Made by a program: the position numbers and the translations under genes. This document shows, one piece after another, positions 11,723-42,278 of a stretch of 64,000 bases of DNA. A model generated the notes under the pieces. That model saw only the letters and a list, made by a program, of their open reading frames with translations, was not told the origin of the DNA and did not search any database. Within the stretch, counting starts at the first letter, position 1. The number at the start of each line of letters is the position of its first letter. This DNA is from Chrysomallon squamiferum (Eukaryota; Animalia; Mollusca). Location of the stretch: the NCBI GenBank assembly GCA_012295275.1, contig CM022679.1, positions 24,614,001-24,678,000 on the forward strand, given 5' to 3'.

Positions 11723-13314
11723 ATGTCTTCCAGAAGGGAAGATGATGATCCAAACTCTTTCAAGATTCTTCTGGCAACTGACTCACATTTGGGGTACTGT
11801 GAGAAAGATCCTAATCGTGGCAATGATTCTCTTGTTTCATTTGAAGAAGTTCTTGAACTGGGACGAAAGAAAAATGTTGACTTTGTCTTATTAGGAGGTG
11901 ATCTCTTCCATGAAAACAAACCATCAAGGAGAATTATGCATGGCTCCATTGCTTTGTTTCGTAAATACTGCATGGGGGACAAACCAATTCAGTTTGAATT
12001 TCTGAGTGACCAGTCAGTTAATTTTGAGCACTGTCAGTTTCCAATGCTAAATTATGAAGACCCAAATCTTAACATCTCCATGCCTGTATTTTCAATTCAT
12101 GGTAACCATGATGACCCAACAGGAGATGGTAATTTGTGTTCATTGGACATTCTTCATTCATCTGGTTTGGTGAATTATTTTGGGAAAACAATGTCACTAG
12201 ATAAACTACAACTCAGTCCACTGCTGCTACAGAAAGGAACAACCAAACTAGCTATTTATGGATTAGGTTCGGTGAGAGATGAAAGACTCCATAGGATGTT
12301 CTTACACAAAAATGTCACTATGCTAAGACCGAAAGAAAATCAAAATGACTGGTTTAATATGTTTGTCATACATCAGAACCGATCAAAGCATTCAGCCACA
12401 AATTACATCCCCGAACAGTTTCTAGATGATTTTCTTGACCTCATTTTTTGGGGTCATGAGCATGAATGTCGAATTGATCCAGAATGGAATGGAACTCAAA
12501 ATTTCTATGTCACTCAGCCTGGAAGTAGCATAGCAACCTCGCTGAGTGAAGGAGAAACAGTAAAGAAGTATGCTGGATTGCTGCATGTTAGGGGAAAGGA
12601 TTTTAAACTGACGAAAATACCATTAGAAACAGTAAGACCATTTTACATGACAAACATTGTGCTGGAAGAGACAAGTATTGATCCTGAAGACCCTGATGTG
12701 ATGACGAAAGTTGAGGCTTTTTGTGTGGAGAAGGTAGAAGCATTGCTGGACCAGGCAGGCAAGTTTAAAAATACTTCATATTTGAACGACTCCATATCCA
12801 AAACGCTTGGGACCAAAATTGCTTGGGTCATGGAATATTAGTACTTAATGTGAGAATATGCTTTATTACATTATTATATGTATGCAGAACTGTCTGAAAA
12901 GATTCAGATTTCAGAATTTCAGAGCTTTTCAGATTTCAGATAAGGCATCCTTAACCTGTATTTTAATTGTCTCTGTAATCTGTTAAAGTATCATAATTAT
13001 ACTTTAGAACACATCCAAGAAACAAACATGAATTATAAAAATAGAATATTTATGTAATTTATTTAATGCTACATGTGCACATGAAGTAACCAAACCTTTT
13101 TAAAACTTATGCAAGATTTTACATTTAATTAATTGTTTAGAACACATCTGAAGATCAAAAATGCCTTTCTAAATAATTAGTATTAAATAAATGTGTGTGT
13201 GTGCATGTGCACATTTGCATGTGTGTGATTTAAAGTAAAAAATTCACATTTGTGCCACTGAACCGTTTTGTGTAAATGTGTGAATATATATATATATATA
13301 TATATAAACTATAT

Positions 13315-13357
<43 letters not shown>

Positions 13358-16300
13358 TACATACATTCATGCTACACACACACACATATATAAAAACGTA
13401 GAGGTATATACTGTAAAATCTGTAAAGAAAACTGCAACTGCTGATTGATTAATACATAACTGTTTTTAAATTTTGTACAGAGAGAGAACACACAGGGAAC
13501 CCAAAACAGCCTACAAAACCTCTAATTCGTCTGCGTATAGAGTACACAGGATTTGAACCTTTCAGTACTCACAGGTGATAAAGTTAATTTAATAACGATA
13601 CAACATTAAATCAACATTATTAATGTTTTCCAAAAATCTTTTAGGCAGCTTTACAAAATATGAAAACTGTGTTAATATATATTTTTATCAGTGGGATGGA
13701 TTATTTTCTTTATCTTTCCTTTTTTTCCTATGACTTTTTATTTATTTATTTTTATTTTTATTTTTTATTTTTGGTGAAATTTATTTATTTAAATGGAACC
13801 CAAATTAGTATGTTATTTTATTTGATTTGTTTTGGATTATTTGGGGTTTTTGTTGTAAATTTAATTAAAAGGTTCAGACTCTAACTATAATTATAATACG
13901 CCACTTTTACTTTATGGAATTAATTTATGAAGTGACGATGATGTTGATTTTCATTATTATAATTATTATTGTTGTTCTTCTTATTATTTGTATTATTAAT
14001 GTTATTACTGTTGTTCTTATTATACAGATCTGTAATTCATTTTTATTTCTTTTCATACTTTTGTTTTTCTCTTTCTCTCTCTCTTTCTTATTTATACTGA
14101 GGTAAATTTTAATTATATGATTGTAGATTTGGCCAAAAGTTTGTGAACAGGGTTGCCAATCCACGAGATTTAGTTTTATTCCAGAGGAAGAAGAAGGTTA
14201 CAGGACTGAAAAAAGAAGGAAGTGATGCTGGTAATGAATAATCCAGGCTTTTTAAAATCATTTAAATTACATAGGCTGTATTTAATGACATTAAACTGCT
14301 AAGCTATGGCAAGCAGTAAATGTTTTAACTGATATATTTTAACAGTTGATATACTGACTGCATCTAAAACTGAAACAAATACTTTTATAAACCTTTTAAT
14401 TACTTATGCTAAATATAATTAATTTCTGGCCAGTTTTAACAAAGGCTCTTTGTAAGATTGTAACAAAGGTTTTGAAATCCTTTATTTTTTTAATTAGGCT
14501 GTATTTATCAGTTTTAAGCTGCTAAGCAGTGGTATTCAGTAAATACTAAACATCTTAATCAGGCTGTAGTAAACATAATTTTCAGTGTATTGTTCTCGCT
14601 TTGAGTCAGTTAACCATTTTATAATATATTCACTAAAGAATCAAATATAATCTGTACTGGAAAGCCATTGTAAAAAACAAATATTAAAGAATTAATTGCA
14701 GAGAATAAAGGATGTAGTCTACTCAGATGTAGTTTTAGTATCTATCACTTCAGTAATCAGTAACATAACCACTGTATCCATTGTACTTCAGTTTACTCCT
14801 TAATCCAGCCTGCTTATCTGTTTCTGTATATGGTGTGTGTGTGAAATATTCATGTTAAGTATGATACATTTCCAAAATAATTTTTTTTTAAATTATCATT
14901 TTCTTATTCAATTAATTTATAAATTAATTCAATAACAAATAATATCTTTTCTGTTTACTTTGTCTTCCCATTATATCTTAATATATTAAAATGCATATAA
15001 CTGTTACTGATAACAAGACTTGTTCTTCATTTTCTTTTTCTTTGTTTTTTATATGCTATTTTCTATTTCTAAAATACTAACATATATATGTATATAATCT
15101 CATACTGTGTTGTATATCTTATTCTGTAACACTGCCAGATAGTAATTATATTTTTAATTTTAAAAAATATTATTTCTATTTATTAACATTGATAATAGCT
15201 TTCTGGCAATCAGCACTTACAGTTTTTTTTTTTATTGTTTTTTTTTTAAATTACTGTACTGTTGTTGCTCATCATTGCTCATACCTTAGAGTCAGAATTA
15301 TCTTAAAGCAATTTTATGATAATTAATTATGTTCTCATTTGTGTGTGATTATTTCAGATACTGAAATGCTGGCAAAGATCAGACCACAGTCACTGGATAG
15401 TGCCAGAGTTGAAGATCTAGTCAGAGAATATTTTGCTTCAGTTAAAAGTGTATGTTTTACTTTGTTTCCCAATTTTAGCTTACAAATGTATTTTACCTTG
15501 TTATAAAGAAGGGTACAAAAACTGTAAGATTTTTCAATTACATTTTTTTTGTTGTTAATATATATATATATACATATATATATACACATGCACACTCATG
15601 CATGCATATACACACATAAATGATATAAATCATTTTATTAATGGATTATTAGGTACAAATCTTTGATTAATATGTGAATTACATGGTTCAGATTTCTTCA
15701 TGGTAACAGATATTAAAGGTTAAGAAGATGACAATATTTAATGAATGGATTATTTGGCACAGATTTGATTCAGTATTCTTTGTGCTAACGATATTTAAAT
15801 ACATTTAGATGTATTATTTAATTAATGTGCAGTATATGATTCAGCTGTCTTCATTATAACTGATATTAAAATATATTTAGATATATTAATATTAATTAAT
15901 GTGTAATAAATGATTCAATTTTCTTCATGATAGTTGATATTAAAATATATTTCTAGATATATAACGTTAATTAATGTGAAAAATATGATTCAGTTTTCTT
16001 CATAACAGATATTAAAATACATTACGTAATATATATTAATGTGAAATATATGATTCAGTGTTCTTCATTATAACAGATAGGAAAATATCAAAATGCATTT
16101 AGATATAGTATTTAATTAATGTGAAATATTTGATTTATTATTCTTCATTATAACATATTAAAATACATTTAGATATATCATTTAATTAATGTGGAATGTA
16201 TGATTCATTATTCTTCATTACAGCTGATATTAAAATACATTTAGATGTATTATTTAATTAATGTGATTATATGTGAATTGGCTTGCTTCATGATAATAAA

Positions 16301-18145
16301 TATTAATTAATATACACTTGTATAAAACATTTCAGGACAAACAGTTACAGGTGTTGACAGAAAAAGGTTTGGGAGAAGCAGTGAAGCAGTATGTGGACAA
16401 AGATGAAAAAGAGGCCATATCAGAATTAGTCAAACACCAGCTTTCCAAAACAAGGGTAACTAGCCACTGACAGTGTTTCCCATTCTAACCAGTGCTCACA
16501 AATACTTTATTAAAGACCTCTCCAGTATGTGGAAAGGCACAAATTTAAATATTCTTTGCTGCTGATTTAGATTAATTAATCCATATAGAAATAGCAGCAG
16601 ATTATTTTTTCCTCAGAAGATGTAAATGGTTGTTATCTACTGGGTGTCCACAAAGTCTGGGTACGTAAGTAAAATAAATAGGTTGTCTGTTAGGGTGTCT
16701 AAGGTTGAATTCTTCTGCAACTTTGCGATAAGACCATCCTTCTCGTCCACTTAAGAGTACCAACTTGATTCTTTCTTCTTTAGACAGAGCCATCATTCGA
16801 TCTGGGTAAGAAAAATAACAAAAATAAATAACATAGTAAAATTCCCCATGTACCCAGACTTTGTGGACACCCTGTATTTATGCAAGTCACCTGAAATACT
16901 CATTTTCTTATCTTCATCAAGTTTGTCTTAACAGAGTAAAGTAGTGAAGTTGGTTTGTTTTTTAATTGTTCTTTTTTTTTTAATTTCAAAATTCGTTAGA
17001 AACTTAAATAGCTGCAAAAGACAAGACTAATTAATAGAAGTTTTTATGGAATTAATTTTTTGAAGACAGATGTTTTATTTAAGAATTTATTGTCCTATTT
17101 TTTATTTTAAAATTATCTTAATGTGCTTGAATTGAACTGAAATTTGTAGGACTTAATTGATTAATGTTCAAAGACACTTCAACAGATTTTAATATTTACA
17201 ATTATTAGGGGATCAGATTTTTTTTTTTTTTTTTTTTTGCCTCTATATATATATGTATTATTATTATAATTATTTTAACCTCTAGGAGTATCTGAAATCA
17301 AGGAATGCTAATGAAGAAAACTTGAAGGATAAACTCAACCAGTTTAAGGAGACAAGAAAAACAAATGAAGAGGATGAAGATGTAAAAGAGGTTATGAAGA
17401 AGATTCATTCACAGCCAAGAAATGATGCTACATGTGACAGTGATAATGAACTTTCAGACAGCTCTGATACTTCAGGCAGGGAAAAGTCCCGTGTTTCCAA
17501 AGGACAACGGAAAGGCCAGGGTAGAGGTGGTGGTGACACTGGAGGTCGGGGCAGTAGAGGAGGCAAAGGTTCTCGAGGGAAAAAACAGCCAGTTGTTGCA
17601 GGAAGGGGAACAAGATCAATAAGAGATTCTTTCATGTCTTCTGGTAAAACATCATCTTCAAGATCAAGCAGAAACCAGTAAGTGTTGAGAGAAGCAGTTT
17701 CAATATTTGTAGAGTAGTAACAGGTTCACTAATTTTCAGATGTGAATTCAAGCCCACTTACTTTACTATAAAATAGTTTTAACTATCACATTTTTCTGTA
17801 TAAAATTATCTCAAACATTTATTTTCTGAGTATAATTGTGAAGAAAATTTCAGGCAAGTTTACAATAAGATTTCATCCAGCAACAAAGGCATCAGTAAGC
17901 TCACACCTGTATTATTCAGAGTTATTTGTATTTTCCTTACAGCAAAATCATTTAAACTAAGTGAAAATTTGTTTAAAATGAACTAAAACCTCTATGATAT
18001 ATGGGACTGAGACCAGTTTTAAATTTATAAAATTATATTAGTCTTTTACTTTTCAAAATGAAGATGTGAAAAAAATAACTGCTTATATTTTCAGGAATGA
18101 AGATAATGGAATTATCGATGATCTGTCTGATGATATTGTCATTCT

Positions 18146-18179
<34 letters not shown>

Positions 18180-18212
18180 GAATTTTATCCAGTCAGAAAA
18201 AGAAGAAGATGA
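11723..18212 (+). CDS. MRE11: Double-strand break repair nuclease MRE11, 7 coding exons, 651 aa
   Basis: Exons 11723-12758, 13481-13574, 14127-14230, 15358-15449, 16336-16455, 17286-17677, 18095-18212 (1956 nt). Phosphoesterase motifs [39 protein letters not shown]; capping region [10 protein letters not shown] and [13 protein letters not shown]; Gly/Arg-rich GAR region; acidic tail ending RKRRR. Intron 1 is GC-AG. Confidence 0.96.
12777..12958. mobile_element. Degenerate pogo/Tigger-like MITE (resembles Tigger4/MER46 ends) in MRE11 intron 1
   Basis: Left tatccaaaacgcttgggacc...tggaatatt and right ttcagatttcagataaggcatccttaacctg|TA resemble recalled Tigger4/MER46 termini. The left TIR is eroded. 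Confidence 0.55.
15660..16320. repeat. ~63-bp degenerate intronic minisatellite (~10 units), MRE11 intron 4
   Basis: Recurrent ttaattaatgtg..atatgattcag..ttcttcat..aacagatattaaaatacatttagat. Confidence 0.85.
16640..16874 (-). mobile_element. Internally deleted Tc1/mariner element (235 bp) in MRE11 intron 5
   Basis: 25-bp TIRs c(t/a)gggtgtccacaaagtctgggtac / gtacccagactttgtggacaccctg, flanked by TA at 16638-39 and 16875-76. Retains a transposase-like N-terminal HTH start [30 protein letters not shown]. Confidence 0.88.
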
Positions 18213-21200
18213 TTAGCCAAAAGTAAAATTGAACAATAACAGAAATCATTATGAAAATCATAGAAAAATAATGATTCAAAATTTAAAATGGCTGATAAAA
18301 TTTTAAGAAAAAATGATCTGAAACAATTTGGTCTTTGAATCAAATAATTTTGGATGTGTGTGTGACTGTGGGTGCATTTATGCAAGTGTGCACATGTATG
18401 TTAAAAACAAATTTCTTCATTTTGTCCTTTCTGGTTTTACTTAATTATGTGAAATTATTCCTACAAACATTTATAGATTTTTGTTTGTCTCTTTGTAATT
18501 GTTACTATCTTCTGATTCTAAAGCTTTGTCTATTGTGAATTTGTTCTTTAAAATTATGTAATGCAATTTTATAATTATGGTGCTTAGTACAATGCAAACC
18601 AGAATATGTCTGCTTATAATTATATACATGTATGCTTAAATCACTGTACATCAGATTATATTTTATATTTTTGAGATTGATTTGTAGAATTGGTGCACTA
18701 TTTCCAAAAAGTATAATAACCCAATCAGATACTTAGAAATGAAGTAAAAATTGTTACAGAATTATTGTTAAATTTCAGATTATTAAAATTTTTCTTTTAG
18801 ATGTGTTTTGTTTTTACTAAAATGTTTTTGATATTCCCTAAGCCTTTATTTAAAACAAAAATAAAAATATTAGTTGTAATCTGATATTGTTTACAGTATA
18901 AAGAAGTGAAAGGGTTAACCTTTCTTTTTGGATTTATCCAAGATATTCAAATAACATATTAAGGGAAATTTTTTATTTTTTATTTTTTTTTAAAGTTATT
19001 TATTTTCATAATGAGCTATCTTCTGTCTCAAAACAAATGTTTATAGAACTATTCACTTTCTAATCCAACTTATCATTGATAGTTTTGGATACTTCATTTT
19101 ACAAATATTAAAGAATAGATTTGTCGAACTGAATTGTTCATTTTAAGTTTCACAGGGTGTCATTTTGTGTAAACAAATTTTAGTATTTTTGTTTTTTAGT
19201 TTACCCGTCCCAATGAATTATAGTTTATTAGGTTACAATCTTAACGGTTTAGTAGTTATATCTGATTACTTTCTTCAATGGACTAATGATTACATTAGGT
19301 TAATGGTTCAGTAGTTATACTAGATTACCACCTCAAAGGTTATTGTTTCTCTTGTTTCTACCTCTGTATTTAGTTTTTGCTATTCTTTATTATATTAAAT
19401 AAAAAACCCAGTTCCTTCAGTGTAATCATCAAAATCATTAATAACAAAGCAGGTTTTTGTTGAGCATTTTATTGTCAATTTCTCATACGCCTAAAACATT
19501 CATCTTTCATCACAGATTAAATTCATGCCATAAATGCTAGGAATTACATATTCAAAGCTCAAAAAAAATTAAAAAAAAAGAATATTATTAATAATATAAT
19601 TACTAAATAATTTCAAATTTATATCCACCGAACAAATAATTTTTTTTTTTTAAACAAACATGAAACAAGTTAAAATGCTTTTTCTATTAAATACTTTTCA
19701 AACAACAAAGAAAACATCTGGACAATAATTAATCCTTTCATTCCTAAATCATTTTTCTTCCCTTTTATCCCCCCCCCGTTTCTAAAATAATAATTATTTT
19801 TATTCTTGTATTCATTTTTAAAAGGTAGATTCTTGCAAACTCATTTATATATATATATATATATATATATGCATTGTACTGCTTTTCCCCTGAAAAACAC
19901 TTTTTTATTTTATTTTTTTTTTTTTCAACAAATTTGTTCTATATAGGTTCCAATAAAAAAAAAAAAATTTCCTTAATCCCTATTTCTTAATTATTATTTG
20001 AAAACAATAATAATCTTCAATTTAGAGCAAAAAAAGAATTTAAATAGATAAATTTGTATATATGAATGGAATGCCAGTTTGCTGGAAGAAATTAGAACTT
20101 GCTTAAGAAGAAAAAGAAATAGTTAAGATTTTATTTTACTTCCAATTAAAAGATTGCAATTATTTAACAAGAAACATATATGAAAAGCCTTGTTCTTAAA
20201 GTGATGATTTCTTAACTATTAATAAATGGTTGCTAATTAAAATAACAGTTACAATTAAAAAGAAGCACATATTAAAAAGAAATTCTGACTGGTTCTAAAT
20301 AAATTAAGCAGAACAGTAAATGAATTTTTTTAAAAAGGAGTATTTTTGTATATAAGTATTTGGTCTTTCAAAAGATTGTTTTTACCATTTCTTCTCCCTA
20401 TTTTTCGATTTTCAGCTAATTCAAGATACCAGCATTTGCTCTGAAATCTAAGATTTAAAAAATATCTAACTAAAATTTAAAATGGCAGTTTTCAAATATA
20501 TATATTTACGAAAATTTTGCTTCCAGAAATAAACTAATTTTCCTAAAAAATGTAAGCTTCAACTGAATTAGAAAATAATAACCACAAAAATTAGTATTAA
20601 ATACCTTTTCTTTCTTCTCTCCTTTTTTTTCCAGTTTGAACAAACATACTTTTTCTAAATTTGTTTTAAGTAATATATATTTTTTTAAAGATATTGTCAT
20701 AATAGTGCAAGGTAAAAATAGAAAAAATATTTTTTTTATTTTATGTAAGTATCCATCTGCATTTACAAGCATCTGTATTAACATTTTAATTACTATTACG
20801 TTAATTTCATTAGTGTAATAGTAACTGTATTCCAATACAAATTTCATCATTCTAAAGTAAATTTAAAATTGACATTTTTGCCATATTAACTGCCATTTAG
20901 AATACTGTAAAAAATGAAAAACTACTGCTCAAAAATGAGACAATGCCCTTTTTTGGAACTTTTAGTAGTAACTTTAAGACTTTATAAGAGGAAAGAAACA
21001 AGTTTTGAAATTTGTTTAGATTACTGCTCATCTATTTATTTTTTTTATTTATGATTATCTGTTTAAAGTGGATATTCTGTATCAGATATTGGAGATTAAG
21101 GATACTGTTACATGGACTGAATTTCCACAAGTATTTCTGCATAAATGATCAGAATGTTGATAGGTGAGTAACTTTGCTAAATGCAATGTAGTATTTCTTT

Positions 21201-22217
21201 CTGTACAGTAATAATATTCAATCAAGAAAAACACCTGTTCAACAGATTTGAAACTTGAATGCTAAAACGTTCAAGGATTCTACTAAACGAAGATTTTGCT
21301 GAGAACAAAATTTCCTCAGTTTGGGGAGTAATTAAAGTTTCGGATACAATTCCTGATTTTAAAAATTATTTTGTGCATCAGTCAAAATATACAATTTAAA
21401 TAATACTTTCCCACATCAATACCATTTACGGTTCTTTTTATTTAATTTTATTAATATTTTTATGTATATATATATAAATGGCATTCTCTTTTATGACTGG
21501 AATTGTACTGTATTTGTGTAATAGCATAAATATATCACTTTAGTTTTGTGCAAACATGCTGAAGAGGATTTACTGAAACACAAACAGAAAAGACAGCAGG
21601 AACCAAACATTCAAAATTGGTATCACAAACCAATTTCTGAATGCATAAGTTGTCATGGTTCCACAAAACATGCTTCCATGGCAATAATTATTATAATAAT
21701 ATTCTTTTAAAAAGAAAAAGAACAAAAACAAACAAAAAGAACCCATAAAGAAACAGTCTGAACATTTAAAAGAACAGAATTCAAAGTATGTACACTCATT
21801 CAACACAGAACTTCCAAAAATCTTGCTGCAAGGGCAACTCCTTCAACACTACACATATACTCAACATCAAAATTTCATTGATACAGCGTTTACAAATTAT
21901 TAAATTTTTTCTTCCTTTTTTTTCATTTTCATTTGTATTTTATTTTTTTCAATTTTCACTGTAGTGTGTGTCAATTAAATAATAATAAAAAAAAATTAAT
22001 TCAGATAAACACAGATGTAGCTCCTTGGCACCAAGATCCACCATATCTGACAACTGTTCACTGTATTGGACTGAGAAGATCTGTTGGTCTGCAGAACTGT
22101 GACCTACAGCCAGACAAATGATGGCAAAGGATTGCTGTGCTTGTCTACATGCATGTGTACAACAGATAAGTTTTAAAATACTCTGTGCTCCCCCACAAAA
22201 AACATCCACCTTGGTAA

Positions 22218-40989
<18,772 letters not shown>

Positions 40990-41572
40990 ATTATTAGCAG
41001 TGACCGTACGTTGGCGATCTCGCCCTGGAGTCGTCGGACTTCTTTGCGAGACGGTCACTTTCACGTGTTTACTGGCAATTCGCCCAATGTCTGCAGATTT
41101 TACCCCTTTACCGGGGAAAACTGCTGTCAATCAGAAACATACAAAATAATTGTTAAATAGCTCGGCAATGCTCCCGGCTCTGAATGAAAATAAACAAGAT
41201 GGCCGCCTGATGGAGGAGTATGGGATCGCTGATTTTTGAAAAGCAATATTTAATTACAACTTACCGTCAGGAGAAGTTACTTTGGCCGTCATGACTTAGA
41301 AAACAAGTCAAACTATTGACTGAAGAATTATGAATCTTTGGGGACACCTGTAATTTACAAATTATCGTTCCGTTATACTTCGGTTATTTTCGGGATATAT
41401 ATAACTGGAAAGTGCATGCGCAGTGTTATCTTCCGTTGTCTCCCGAATGTTCGCTGATTGTGCGATTGTGCCAGTTGGTGAGAGCTAAATATACGTCTTT
41501 CAAACAGACAAGAAATAAAATTCCATGAGAAAAGTGAAACGAAACATCTTTTATAGTGCCTCTTAGGTTATA
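40990..41572. promoter_or_regulatory. Bidirectional promoter and 5' leaders shared by USP7 and HAPSTR1
   Basis: 583 bp between the divergent ATGs, CpG-enriched. YY1-type CAAGATGGCCGCC 41195-41207, NRF1-type TGCATGCGCA 41413-41422, ETS-type CTTCCG 41430-41435. Confidence 0.75.
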
Positions 41573-42247
41573 ATGAACCCAGAGGAGAATCAGGATTCGG
41601 ACCAGCCGTCCGAAAACTGGTTACAAAATTTTGAAGATGAATGTCTGGATGAACTTGATTCAGAACCAAACATGGAGGACAGATTGCAAGCTGAAAAAGA
41701 ATACGCAGTTAAGAAACTGTGGTTCACATTTCAGAATTCGGCAACAGCAATTGCTCAGTTATATAAAGGTGATTAAAATTTAACCCTACTAACAAATGGC
41801 AAATCGAACATAATTGGCTTGCCTGACCCTATTTAGTATGATTATCATGATAATCATATAATACGTTATATACCAGAGTTAACACTAACAGGTAAAATGG
41901 ATTTTACAGTTTCGGTTTATTCGTCTCAGATTACTGTTTAGTCTGTTGAATCTAGCTGACGATTAAAATTGTTTAAGAGATGAAATTAAGAATTTATTGG
42001 AAAAATTTCTGTAATCTTGATATAATAAAATGGCCCATAGTAACAAGTGCTGTCATCTTTCTTAATTTTTCAGCTGCTGATGATATATGATTAACACATT
42101 TTACATTCTTGAGACGTTAAGAACATAACTGTTAATTATGCAAGGATAAATATTACAATAACATAGATGTGTGCAATCAGTATTATTTTATTAGGTTTGT
42201 TTTCTTTGTTGCTTTTTTTTCTTATGATTTTAGTTTTGTTGCTGTTA

Positions 42248-42278
<31 letters not shown>

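Noticed and set aside
11723-12841. 372-aa single-exon MRE11 (retrocopy or truncated gene) as given by the ORF track
   Set aside because: Six downstream exons continue the protein in frame through a GC-AG intron; the last ~27 residues of the ORF are intronic.
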